From NCBI RefSeq assembly GCF_009914755.1, contig NC_060934.1: a DNA stretch of 64,000 bases, one strand, 5' to 3'. This document shows positions 11,647-25,282 of this stretch, piece by piece. The notes under the pieces were generated by a model. It searched no databases. It was given only the letters and a program-made list of their open reading frames with translations, and was not told the origin of the DNA. The position numbers were made by a program, and so were the translations under genes. Source of the DNA: the human T2T-CHM13v2.0 reference genome, Homo sapiens. Each line of letters begins with the position of its first letter. Position 1 is the stretch's first letter.

Positions 11647-12801
11647 CTGACAAACCTTCACACCGTAATTTATGTAATTTCACACAGTAGCTTGAAAACA
11701 CTGAGGGGATTATTTGTTACCTGGTGGTTTGGCTCCTACGAAACTCACTTCTACATACTTTTCTTCTTTACGAATACCATGGGGCCCCAAATCATGACCA
11801 AGAAAAACAAGAATCTGTCTCGCCTGAAGCCTACTGATGCAGATAAACATGAAGCCTTGTCTTGACATAGACTGACAGGTCTGTATGTGATGCAACCAGG
11901 AACCAGGACTCCATAGCAGCAAGATTTGACCCCATCTTACCCCATCACACTGGCCATGTGAGGCCACATCACACCCCAGCAGCCATCAGAACGACAGCGG
12001 CTCCCTAGCTGATGTGGAACAAGACAAACACACAGACACACAAATGTGTTGTCACGTTTGAGAAGGGCAAAATAAATAGTCTTTTGTTCTTTTATTAACA
12101 TGGAAGTTAAAATGAAGATCCAAAGAGAATGTAAACCAATATATAGTTTCAAAATGCCACTCAACAGAAATATGTATCTTTGAAAAAAGTACTTTCTATA
12201 AAAGAGCAAAATCTTACAAATTGTATTCTAAATATAGACACTAGAAGTTGGCTTTTTAAAATGTACTGAAGATGGTATATGATGTTGCAATTTCTTCAGA
12301 AACAGAAAATTAAATATTGATGCCCAATCAATAGATAATGCACCTAAGGTGACAAGTTAAGTGATTTCAAATTGGACTTTAGACAATAATACAAAGTCCT
12401 CCTAAAGTCCTTGTTCAGTTGGCTCTAAGTACAGCATTTGTTAAAAATGGTTTTCATTTTGTAGTTTAGTGAAAAATCAAATATTTGATCCAGATCTTAG
12501 AATGCTTTTCTTGAAAGAGTTGAACTTTTTATCTTTAAAGATAAATCCATGCCCCTTTTCTTCCTTGAAGTATCAGTTTTGTGGGAGTGGTACCCAGTAT
12601 GGACCATGCATACGCACGGTAGAGCACAGACACAGATCTACAAATGAGGTGTGCATCTGTGATTAACACCAGGTTCCATCTGGAAATGAATACAGCACAT
12701 TAACAAATAAAATCATCATTTTATAAAAGGGCTCTGAAATAGAAAGTTCTTCATCATTTTATTTTTTTCAAACCTACAGGGATTCTGAAAATGATTCTTG
12801 C

Positions 12802-12843
<42 letters not shown>

Positions 12844-12845
12844 GT
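12802..12845. repeat. (TG)n microsatellite
   Basis: Read directly from the sequence. Confidence 0.95.
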
Positions 12846-13214
12846 TGTTTTTATGAGCTGTGCCCCAGATCTGTATTTGCAACTGCCATTAAAATATTCA
12901 GTCATCTGTGTAAAAACAAAGAATCATGTGTTATATCCCAGAGGGAACCCCAACTTGTCACTGTCACATGAGTACAAACTGATGTTTGGCATCCACCGTA
13001 TCCAAAAGGAGCAAAACTTACAACAGTAGCAGTGAAGATAATAAAACTGATTTGAGTTCAACAAACGGGACAAATTTTAGGTACTTATTGGTTGGGGAAG
13101 AGTCAACTTACAGCCCTCGTAACCAGACTTTAACACATGGGTAAATGTGTAGGTTAAGAAAGAAAAGGGGTTAATTTACAGCTTCATTCAGAGAAATGCA
13201 ATTGTAGAAAAATT

Positions 13215-13345
13215 TTATAGATACATATCTATGGTTATGTATATGTGTGTGTACATGCATATATGTATACCTGTATATGTGTACATGCAGTATGTATATG
13301 CGTGTATATATAGTGTATTTTTACATATATATTTTGTATATGAGC
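13215..13345. repeat. TA/TG low-complexity tract
   Basis: Degenerate TATG/TATA repeats. Confidence 0.8.
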
Positions 13346-13619
13346 ACATAACACATAGTAACAGAATAAAAGTTAGAAACGAATGCTGAGCCCATGGATA
13401 GCAGCAGACAGCTGTCCTGTGTGATTTGCCTTTGTAGAGAACATAGACCCTGAGTAATATGAGATACTGAGACAAAGAGGGGGCTGGGGAGAGAATGGTG
13501 ACCAGCTATGCTGAGCAACCATCTGAAGAAGAAAATGGGTGCCATGAGAAAGAGTCATCTTAAATATTCTCCTTGTTTCCCAACACCTTCTTGTCAATAT
13601 TTCTGTGTCTTGCTTGAGT

Positions 13620-14162
<543 letters not shown>

Positions 14163-14750
14163 TGCCTCTTTAGGGAAGCGGTAAAGAATCATTGTTCTAC
14201 CAAAGAACAGCTGCCTTCATCATTTATTGTACAAGGTGACTATGAAGTTAGATTCCTGTTAGGTTAAATTAAAAATCATTTTTTATAAAACTGCAATTAA
14301 GTCTAAATTTTAACCTTTTGAAGTTTTCGAAGGCTGAGTATGTGCAAAGATATTTAATATCATATTTATGGTATTTTATATCACATTATGTGGTGAAAAA
14401 AAACAACTGCCTTAATTAGGAGTTAGGAGTCCAAGATCACTTTACTTCTTAGTGGGATAACCGGGTAACAGCCACCTCCGTTACTTACATTAGGCTGCCT
14501 GATTGGGAAATATGATGCCTTGTGGCGCTGATTATACCATACAACGCATATGGGCATGTTTTATAAACAACAAACTCCTTGCTAACACGATGTGAACCAG
14601 GAGCTTGCCTGTAGGTTCCTGAGCCTAGAAGCTGTCCTGGAAATGTTCTTATTTTCAGCAGAGTGGGTTCCGCCTTGGGATGTCACTGCAGAAAGGAGAC
14701 AGCCTCCTAGAGAAGCATGGAATGCAAGCTACTTTAGAAACCCATTAGAA

Positions 14751-15146
<396 letters not shown>

Positions 15147-15769
15147 TCAGCCCTACCATTTCCAGCTTTTCATATTCTTCAGCCATTGTTTACCATTTTC
15201 CACCTGCAATCTTGACTGAGCCCCCGGCTGCGTATTCCTCTAAATGACTCCTGCTTCACAGCCCTCATAGCGTATGTGCCTCTGACTTACTTTTAGGCTC
15301 TATATCTCCTTAATATTGTCTGACATTTTCAGCTATTAAGCTCCTGGAACTTTTGAATTCTCCCCTTGACCCATCCAAAACTTCAAACGGACCATCAGCA
15401 GCAGTTGGAATTTCATGTTTCCATGTGATTTGTCCCAGAAACTGCCTCAAACGTTGAGCCTTCTCAAGTTGTTCAGTGCCAATTGAGAGCCGAGATTCTC
15501 TTCTCCATTAGCGATAAGGGATTGCTCCCCAGGAGACGGGGCTTTGGTTAATATGAGGGTTGTATGTCACTTTCTATCCAGGATGAGCTTAGAATTGTTC
15601 TGAAAATGCCCTTGCTTTTGCTTTTTCAGGTAGTGGGTGGAGGAAGGCTCTTGTTCTTTGTTGTCCTTGCTCTGCTGTAACTCAGATTCTAGCCCCAGTA
15701 CTCACTTTCTTCACAGAAGATTAAATGAACCCTCTGTGGGCTACTTCTGCCCCTTTTATGAGTAAAATT

Positions 15770-16010
15770 GTCATCTGTGCACTCCACACTCCTGCGTTTA
15801 CTCTCCAGTCTGGATCTGTTCCTAATCCCCAGACACGTGTCTAACTGACTAGTGGTCATCGCCCCTGTCCCGTGGGCTCCTCCAATTCAGTGCATGGAAA
15901 CTAGGCTCACATCTTTCTCGAAGCCACTCATCTCAGTAAACGGGTGAGCATTATCCAGTTTCCCGAGACAGTGGTTCTGACCTTGTCAGGGATTCCTCCT
16001 GCCCGACCTC
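15770..16010 (+). mobile_element. L2 fragment
   Basis: ctaactgactagtggtcatc..atctcagtaaacggg..atccagtt resembles L2. Confidence 0.55.
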
Positions 16011-16919
16011 ATATTTAAGCATCCGGATCTGAACGTCCAGGGTGGACTTAGCTCAGCAACCTGGCATGTAAGACTTGATCTATTGTCCCTCAGCTCTCAC
16101 AATTTCTTACTTCTTCCAGTTCCTGAAAATAGTACTCTGCATTTTGGCCAAAGTGAATAATTTCCAGTTCCCCAGCACACAATCAGGTAAGAAACAGAGA
16201 GCAGGATGTCCAGAAGATGATACCCCAGCTTCACGTTTGTCTGGAGGGAAGCTTGCATGTCATTCAACGGATCCCAGCCTCAGGTTCATCATGGGAATAT
16301 AAAACCAGATTAGATGATCTCTAAGGTGTGCTCTGGCTCAAACTGTAATCATATTTTAACAGAACTAAAGAAAAGATACGATGCTCAACTTTTAAAATTA
16401 GTAGATAAATTTTTGGATTACCAATTGTACATTGGCTTACAGAACTTTGAATCATCAGATTTCAGTTCCAAAATATCTTACTTCCAGGCCTCATGTGTGT
16501 GTTTTGAAATAAAACACTATAAATGATATAAAGAATGATGTAAAAGGCTTTCATCTGAGAACATACATAAGTAGTCACAAAAGCTATCACCCAATATACA
16601 TATGAATCGTTTCTGAAAATACAAATAAAATATTATTTGTCTATTTTATGAATAATGACTGTAATTATACACAGTTGCTCCTCTTTTAGCCATTACTATA
16701 TTTTCTTAAACCATGTATTTTCTTATTTTGCTTAATAATTCTATCAATTATGTAAGTGCTATCCACTGTTATATTGTACAGTGGTACTATCTTCTACTTG
16801 AATTATCTCAATGGCTAACAAGGCCATAAGTTTCTAAAATATTCTCAGGACTAAATCTGCTTCTGGGAACTTAACATGACAAGTCTATATAGATGAAATA
16901 AATGCTCCAGACTCTAATT

Positions 16920-17235
16920 GTATATTATGTATACAAAAAGTAATATATATTTTATATATAAGACATATCTAATATAAAATGAGAGTTTAGGACATAGTCT
17001 AGAAGTATATATTATAATATATACTTTTATATTATATAATATATTATAATATATACTTCTATATTATATAATATAATATATAATGTATAATTACATAGAA
17101 ATTATATATATCATGTGTGATTATATAGATATGTAAATATATATTATATAATATAATATAAAATATATATTTGTGCAGACACACAATATAGATAGTAATC
17201 AAATAGATGCATATATGCACATAAAATATATATGG
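16920..17235. repeat. AT-rich (TA)n low-complexity tract
   Basis: Contains repeated tatattataatatatactt units. Confidence 0.9.
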
Positions 17236-17362
17236 GAATCCCCTATAATAACTATGATTTTTATTTCACATTTAATTCATCCAAATCCCTGTTAATATAT
17301 AGATTTTGGTCCTATTGTATTAACTAGCTAACATGAATGAAATTATGTATAATTTAAAATAT

Positions 17363-17656
17363 CTGGGCGCGGTGGCTCATGCCTGTAATCCCAGCATTTT
17401 GGGAGGCCGGGCAGGCGGATCGCCTGAGGTTAGGAGTTTGAGACCAGCCTGGCCAACATGGTGAAACCCCGTCTCTACTAAAAGTACAAAAAAACTAGCC
17501 GGGCATGCTGGCAGGTGCCTGTAATCACAGTTACTCTGGAGACTGAGGCAGGAAAATCCCTTGAACCCGGGAGGCGGAGGTGCAGTGAGCCAAGATCGCG
17601 TTACTGCACTCCAGCCTGGGAGACAGAACGAGACTCCATCTCAATAATAATAATAA
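17363..17656 (+). mobile_element. AluS (Sx-like) with (AAT)n tail
   Basis: Full Alu dimer. Confidence 0.96.
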
Positions 17657-18089
17657 TCTTTTGAGAAAATGCTACATAGAATGTGTACGTTTTGGTAAGT
17701 GGATGGTGGTTGGGAACAGTGGATGTGAGGATGGCTGGGGAAGACACTCCCTAGAAAAAGTAAAGTGAACGAAAGAGAAACTCCCATGAACCCACCTCCC
17801 GTCTCCATCAAGTGCACCACGCCTTTCTCCGCAGGGCTGTCGCGGCAGAAGCCCATGCTGGTGCACCTGTTGCTCCTTCCACTACGGAGGCCGACACATG
17901 ACCACCTTCTTGCTTGGAGACTTTTTGTCATCCTGAGGGTCTCACCCCAAGAATATATTCTCCAGCATTCCTGCCTCTCCTGCCCACAGCAGACGTCTCT
18001 TCAAGTACCCATTTCACTATAGGGACACCACCGTGAGTTCACTCAAGAGCACATCTACCTGCAGGATTTGGTTATGCTTTAAAAGAAAA

Positions 18090-18325
18090 AGTTTTTGTAT
18101 TGTTACAAGAACACTTGACATGGCTTCTGCCTTCTTAGATTTCTGAGGGTGTAGCACAGTATTTTTGACCGTAGACTGTGTTGTACAGCAGCAGGTCTCT
18201 AGAACGTATCCATCTTGCATGGCTGAAGCTTATACCCATTGATTAGCAACCCCTCATTCCCCCTCCTATTAGCCCCTGGCAACCACTATTCTGCTCTCCG
18301 ATTATATGAGTTTGACAATTATGTA
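18090..18325 (-). mobile_element. L1MA (MA8/9-like) 3' end
   Basis: gtacagcagcaggtctctagaacgtatccatcttgcatggctgaa...cccctggcaaccactattctgctctc. Confidence 0.85.
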
Positions 18326-21300
18326 TCTTATATAAAAGGAATTTCCTCTAAAAGTATACATTTTAATCCAACTACATGCAAAATAAGAACGCAAATAAAT
18401 GCATCCTTTTCTTCCTTTTTTTGAGTCTGTGAGACAAAACATCTTCCAGAGGCCATACATGAAAATCAAGGAAAAGTAAAATCAACTCATCAGAACCTGA
18501 TCGATGTTATGATGTTACGTATGTTACTGATGTTACATATGTAACAAGAATTTGGAAAATTGTGACTCATTCTACAGAGATAGTTACAAGTTAAAATATC
18601 CCACTTATTTACAGAAACATACAGTAAAGAATATACTTAATGTCCTTGGGAAGACAGTGCGATAGAAAGAAATACACAGCAGATGAGTGCTCAGATTTGA
18701 AAAAAAAATTATAAAGAAAAAAAGACTAGTAATCTGATTTAAAATTTATCAGCACAGAAATGCAATGCATCTTAGAAGAGACTCAGTACAACTAATTAAA
18801 ATTAATTCAATTGCAATTATTGAGTAGTATAGGAAGAACAAGGGGAACATTTTAGTCAGCATTTCCAAAAATATTATAAAACTTTCATGATATTCACATG
18901 CTGATGTTGAATGTGATATGTATACAGTGGCCACTGAAGAGAACATCAAATTGACTTTTTATGTAAGAAATTGGATAAAGAACAGGAATCAAGTAAATCC
19001 AAAGTGTAATTTTCTCATGAACATGAATTGATGGGATGTGTTCGGGTCAAATATAATGTGTGTCGTTATACAGCTGAGGCAGGAATCTGACATTTCTTTG
19101 GCCCTGCTATAAAATTTAAAGTGACATGCTTTTATTTTCCTCTGGGACTGCGGCTACGATTCTCAGATGAGAAGTGGCCTCAGCTGGCATGGTTTAAATG
19201 GAAATACATGTGGATAATAACCATAGACTATAAAGCACTGCTGGCCAACCAGGAATCAAATTAAGGGTAAGTAAAAGCTTTGTTTATATTTCTTTTGCTT
19301 TTAAACCTTTCCAGAGATTTGATTATATGTTATTAGCATGAAGATTCATTGAATATGAACCCAGGAGACAAAATAGTATATTTAGCTTCAAGACTCTTCC
19401 TGAGGGGGTGTGTGTGCCTTGTTTGCATGTGCCTATGTGTTTGCCTGTGCACATCAATCTTTCTTTCTACGTGTGCAAGAATAAGAAGAGAATACTGACT
19501 TCTTTGTCCAGATCTCTTCAGTAGGGAACAAACCTTATCTAGGACCCAGGACAATGGCTTTTTAAACTTACTTTAATCCCCTTCCCTTCGGGAAGGCATG
19601 AAAGGAATACTGTACTTTCAGTATGAACCCAGCATCGAAGTCTTGGAGCAAGCCTCTCAGGGGTCTTAATTAACAATCATGTATCTAAAAACAGTTGATG
19701 GTTTTCAGGATTGCCGGGAAATAACACCCCCTGGCATTTCCTGCCTGAGAACTTCCTCACCATTTCCAGTTCATGGGTGTGAAGCCTTTGGTGAACTGTC
19801 AGTCATGGAAAGGAGTTGGGGGGTGGGGGAAACGAGTGGACCCTTGATTGGATGTCCTCTTCACGCACACTGTACGATTTACGTTCTGTAGTGCACCAGT
19901 GGTGAGTCAGGCTTACCCCCACGGTAAAGACAGGGAAGCAGACACAGATGAAAGTGTAATTCACCTAGGCCAGGGCAGCTACATCATTTGAGCCCTGAAC
20001 TATGCAAGGTCAAAGGACGCGTTTCTCATACCACCCTTTGTTTATAGTCTCATAAATGTATGTGATTCAGGTTTCCACCGAATCTTAGCAGTGAATAGTG
20101 CTTGAATGCTCCAAGACACATTTTTAGTTGTTATGTAACAAATGTCATTTTCCCATTGACAGAAATAAACAACACTGAGATATTTTCCCCATGGGTAGGA
20201 TTCACATCAGCGACTATCACTTGGTCGGGAAGTTTATTCATTGTGCAATTCCACGAAGAGCCAAGTCATCTGCCGTTGTCATAGAGGAGGAAGTGGAGCT
20301 GTGAGCACTGCCTGGCTTGCTGTCTGACAGATTTGGTGGTCCCCATGTGGTCCCTGCAGCAAGATGGCTTTCAGGCATGCACCACTGGCAGCTCCATGGG
20401 ACACCAAGCAGTTCCCATTTATGCGCCGACGTCCTCCAAAGTTTCCTGACTTCAAACATCTGTATGTCGAGGCACTTTTGCAAATGATGAAGAAAAACAA
20501 AAGAACAACAACAAAAAACTCTTGACTTAGGGAAAACTCATGAATATTTCCAAAATGAAAACCTCTTTGCTTTATCTTGGAAAATATCGTGCAGAATACA
20601 GCCATGATCAAATTTTTGGAAGAACTGTTTCTTAGAATCATAGAGTTAGCAGGAACCTGCTGGAACAGAAATATATGCCATCCTCTTCAGACTCTGCCAT
20701 TTAACAAAGAAGACGTTCCATTGTTAAAAGTCTTTCACTGCTACTTCTTCCTTTGAGGAGGTTTACGTCTACATTTTCCCCTGCGTTACTTATTTTTCCC
20801 TTTGTTCTTCCACATATGTAACATCAGTTAGTGAATCCCACTGGGACACCAGTGTCATCCTTGTCCTCTGTTGTACAGAGCTTCCTGTCAAATATTCTGA
20901 GTTTCCTCAATTTTCCCACATGGGATTTTGTTCCCAATGCTGGCAGTCTAATCTCTGGCTTTTGCTCCTTCTCTGCATCCATTTGTAAGTACATTTCTTA
21001 CACAAAGGCACCTGTGTTACAACAGAAGTTTAGAAGTAATCCAACCCTCACCAAGACCTTATTAACCATGAAATAACCTTGACCTGAACACAATGCACTC
21101 ATTGGCACAAAGCAAAGGGGTAAAAACCCTTTTTATGTGTCACTTTTTAAGGCCCGGATTGTGTTTAATTACAAACTTTTTGGTATTTTTCTTACAAATT
21201 CTTATGTCAAAAATAATTATCTTCTTATACAAATTAGGTTTTGAAATTAATTAAATGTAGCAATTTCAGTTAATCTCTATTAGTGTTCACCTTTAAAACA

Positions 21301-22370
21301 TTACTACCTCAATTAATAAAAATAATTTAAAAATATGTTTCTCTTCCCAATATATATTTCATTCTATTTAGTAGAAAAATGACAATAATAGAATATGATG
21401 GCAGAATTTGGTTGCTGTATCCAAAATTCTATATTTTCTGGTTGTTTCGTCAACTATTCATCTTCTAAATCTGCATAACTGTGTTATTATGACTTCTAAC
21501 TTAAGGAATTCTGATGTATTTAGATACGGTAGCTCCCCAATTACAACCCTGTAAGCCTTTTTTGTAACACACATGTTTCTATAACCTCTCTCTCATGCAT
21601 CCCCCATCCTCTACAACTGAGGTTCCTTACAGGCACCCTTGTATCCCGTTTGCTGCTATTAATTTACAAAGCCACTCATTAATCCTTGACAAAAGAGCTG
21701 TCGACTCATCTTTAATATTCACCTCCCTAGACTAGCACATAATTCAACTCTGCCCTTAACTCTGTCAATGGCAGTAAATTAAACTAAGAAACTTTCAGTG
21801 GGGCTTTAAGTCCCTTCTCTGTTAAGAAGAGACAGTGGTGGATGGGATCCTTGGAGAAAACTGGCCTCGTCACATTTTGCTGCGGCGGACAGAGGACTGG
21901 AGGACCATCACAGGTACAGGGCTATTGTCCGTCACGTGATGTAGCTGAAGTTCATTTCTAGTGCCCTAGTCTTCCATCCAGATTATCCCTCCAATTATAA
22001 AACTTTTTTTATTGTTTTAGAAAGTAATTATCCAGGTTTCCTCATTGTAATGCCTCTATGTGAATTCATTCCATCGTCAAAACCTACTCATCCAGTTATC
22101 AACTATGTAACAGCCCACTCTGAAAAAAATGATAGTAAAATCTGGCAGGTGTCATGTTCAATTTAATAGCTGTCTTCGACTTTTTGTTGAGTTTTACTCA
22201 CTGAAGGTGAATAATAAGAAAAGTACTTTAGACAAGAACACTTTGTTAGTCACCTATTTTAAAAATTATTTTGACATTTGCTTTCTATTTTTGCACATTT
22301 TCCAAGTAACAGGTCATTTGAGTAAGGTAGACAAATACGGAAACAGAAACACAAAGTTTGAAAAGAATCA

Positions 22371-22748
<378 letters not shown>

Positions 22749-22831
22749 TCAGGCTGTGTGGGTTGCTATTGAGGTAGAAGTGTTTTGTTCCTGTAGGAAA
22801 ACAAAATAAGTTCCTTGAGACACACTTGCTA

Positions 22832-23049
22832 CTCCACCTCCCAGGTTCCAGTGATTCTCCTGCCTCAGTCTCCCGAGTAGCTGGGATTCCAGGTACACAC
22901 CACCACGCCCGGCTAGTTTTTGTATTTTTGGTAGAGATGGGGTTTCATCATGTTGGCCAGGCTGGTCTCAAATTCCTGGCCTCAAGTGATCAGCCCGCCT
23001 CAGCCTCCCAAAGTGCTGGGATTACGGGCACGAGCCACCATGCCTGGCC
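22832..23049 (-). mobile_element. AluS fragment lacking the 3' end and A-tail
   Basis: Runs from ctccacctcccaggttc (mid right monomer) to tgcctggcc (Alu 5' end). Confidence 0.93.
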
Positions 23050-24000
23050 TGAAAACAGACATTTAAAACATGAACAGCTATAGGGATTTGTGGGACAATA
23101 ACAAAAGAGCTGGCCTTCCTATCACCAGAGTCCCAGAGGGAGAAGAGAAGGCAAGTGAAACTTAATATAACATTTCAGAGAATAATTGCTGGAAATCCCC
23201 CCACAATTTAGCAAAAGATATAAACCAACAGATTCAAGGAGCTGAATAAAACCCCAACAAGATACCCATGCTATGACACATTCATAATAAAACTCCTAAA
23301 ACTAAAAGCAAAGAAAAAAATTGATAACATCCAGAAAGAAAAGGAACGACACATTGCTGATAGAAGTCCCGTTAGATTGACAGCCGACCTCTCATCTGAG
23401 ACCCTGAAGGCTCAAAGGATGCGCCACAAGGTACTTCAAGCACTGAAATGAAAGACCTGTCAAATAAATTCTCTATCCAGTGAAAACACACTTCAGGAAA
23501 TGAAGGGGAAATGCAGATGTTCTCCAACAAGGAAAACGAAGAGGAATTGTTACCAACGAGCTCACCCTTGAAGAATGGCTAAAGGAGCTTCTCCACACAG
23601 AAAGGAAATAACTGGAGAAAACCTGGAATCTTGTTAGCAACGACAACAGAGAGCACTAGAATGATCAAAAATCGAGGCCAATATAATAAACTGTATCCTT
23701 CACGTAAGTTTCTCAAATCATATCTGATGGTAGAAGCACAAATTCTAACATTATGTGATGTGACAATCAATATGTAAATATGGAGAGGAAATACATACGG
23801 CAATTATATTTAAAACATGGGGACGTAAAGGGATGTAAATGAACATAAGATTTCTATATGTCACATTAAGTGGTGGAATGTTGATATAAGTGGCCTGTGT
23901 TAGTTAAACACAGGTACTGTGTTTACTTAACCTAGAGCACTAAGAAAATTATGTGAAATTCTATACTCAAAATATTATAAGTAAATCAAGATGAAATCTA
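23050..24000 (+). mobile_element. Old L1M ORF1 and inter-ORF fragment
   Basis: tgtgggacaataacaaaag, gagtcccagagggagaagagaa, agattcaaggagctgaa, agattgacagccgacctctcatc, ctctatccagtgaaa are ORF1 landmarks. Confidence 0.88.
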
Positions 24001-24150
24001 ATCTTTCAAACTTCTGACCTCTTTAAGATTTTTCATTAAAATAAGTTATTTAAAAAGTGAATACATTTGAAGTTCAGCAAAATAGAGAGAGCAGAGGGGT
24101 CACAGTGTGGCAGGAAGAGAGAAAGAGGTGGACAGAGAGAGCTGATTTTG

Positions 24151-24354
24151 CTCAAGCGATTCTCCTGCCTCAGCCTCCTGAGTAGCTGAGATTACAGGCA
24201 TATGCCACCACGCCCAGATAATTTTTATATTTTTAGTAGTGACAGGGTTTCACCATGTTTGCCAGGCTGGTCTTAAACCCCTGACCTCAGGCGTTCCACA
24301 CCCCTCAGCCTCCCAAAGTTCTGGAATTACAGGCGTGAGCCAAGGCACTCGGCT
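24151..24354 (-). mobile_element. AluS fragment lacking the 3' end and A-tail
   Basis: Starts ctcaagcgattctcctgcctcagcc and ends at the Alu 5' end. Confidence 0.93.
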
Positions 24355-24934
24355 GGAATCTTTAACCCCTTTTTTTACACCTCTTAATTCACCAAATCTT
24401 GTTACTTCTACCTCAGTGAGATAATTCATATCTGCCTCCACCTTTACCAAAGTTTAGGTGAAGAAAGGAGATACTAGCTCCAACGTGACGTTACCTGGAA
24501 TTGACTCATTTAAAGCAGAATTTCTCTCCCCTAGTTACAGCCTCATCTCCATCACGCCAGGCTGCCCATTGTCCTTAGTGATTACTTTCTTCTCCCTCCA
24601 AGTGTTCTCTAAGGGATTATAGATAAGTCATTGATACTCAACGTGGGCTTAAAGGAATGGGTCATGTCTCTCAGGTGCTTTTGAATTAAAAGCGTTATTG
24701 CTCGCTTTTGCATGAAAGACTGCTTTCCCTTGTATAAGTTTTAGTTAACTGAAAAGAAACTGGAATGAGATTTTGGGTTTAGCAGAAATTCTGTTTTATT
24801 CACTAAAGGCACAACAACACTATACAGAGTCAACTCCTTCACCTGTGAGCTGCCTCTGTGCATAACAGTGAGACTTCCACTTCAACAGCAGCCAAGCAAC
24901 AAGAAGACCTTGCCAGGGAGGTCAGCAATCACCC

Positions 24935-25048
24935 GCCAGGTACGGCAGCTCACACCTGTCATCCACAGCTCTTTGGAGGCCGAGGCAGGAGCATCGCTTG
25001 AGGCCAGGAGTTCAAGACCAGCCTGGGCAACATCGTGAGACTCTGTCT

Positions 25049-25093
<45 letters not shown>

Positions 25094-25282
25094 TAAAAAT
25101 ATAAAGAGCAGGGTGTGATGGCTTGTGTTTGTAGTCCCAGCTACTTGGGAGGCTGGAGGTGGGAGGATTGCTTGAGCCCAGAAGATGGAGGTTGCAGTGA
25201 GCTGTGATCTAAGATCCCAACACTGCACTCACTCCAGCCTGGGTGGCAGAATGAGACTCTGTCTCTAAAACAAATAAATAAA
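24935..25282 (+). mobile_element. AluJ with (CA)21 in the central linker
   Basis: Alu dimer with a CA run at 25050-25091 between the monomers. Confidence 0.95.

Noticed and set aside
11206-11701. 151-160 aa F/L/S-rich and K/E/R-rich ORFs
   Set aside because: They are translations of the polypurine microsatellite.
23050-24000. This ORF1 block as the missing ORF1 of the 39.4-43.6 kb L1, moved by inversion
   Set aside because: The inter-ORF spacer sequences look different, suggesting separate subfamilies.
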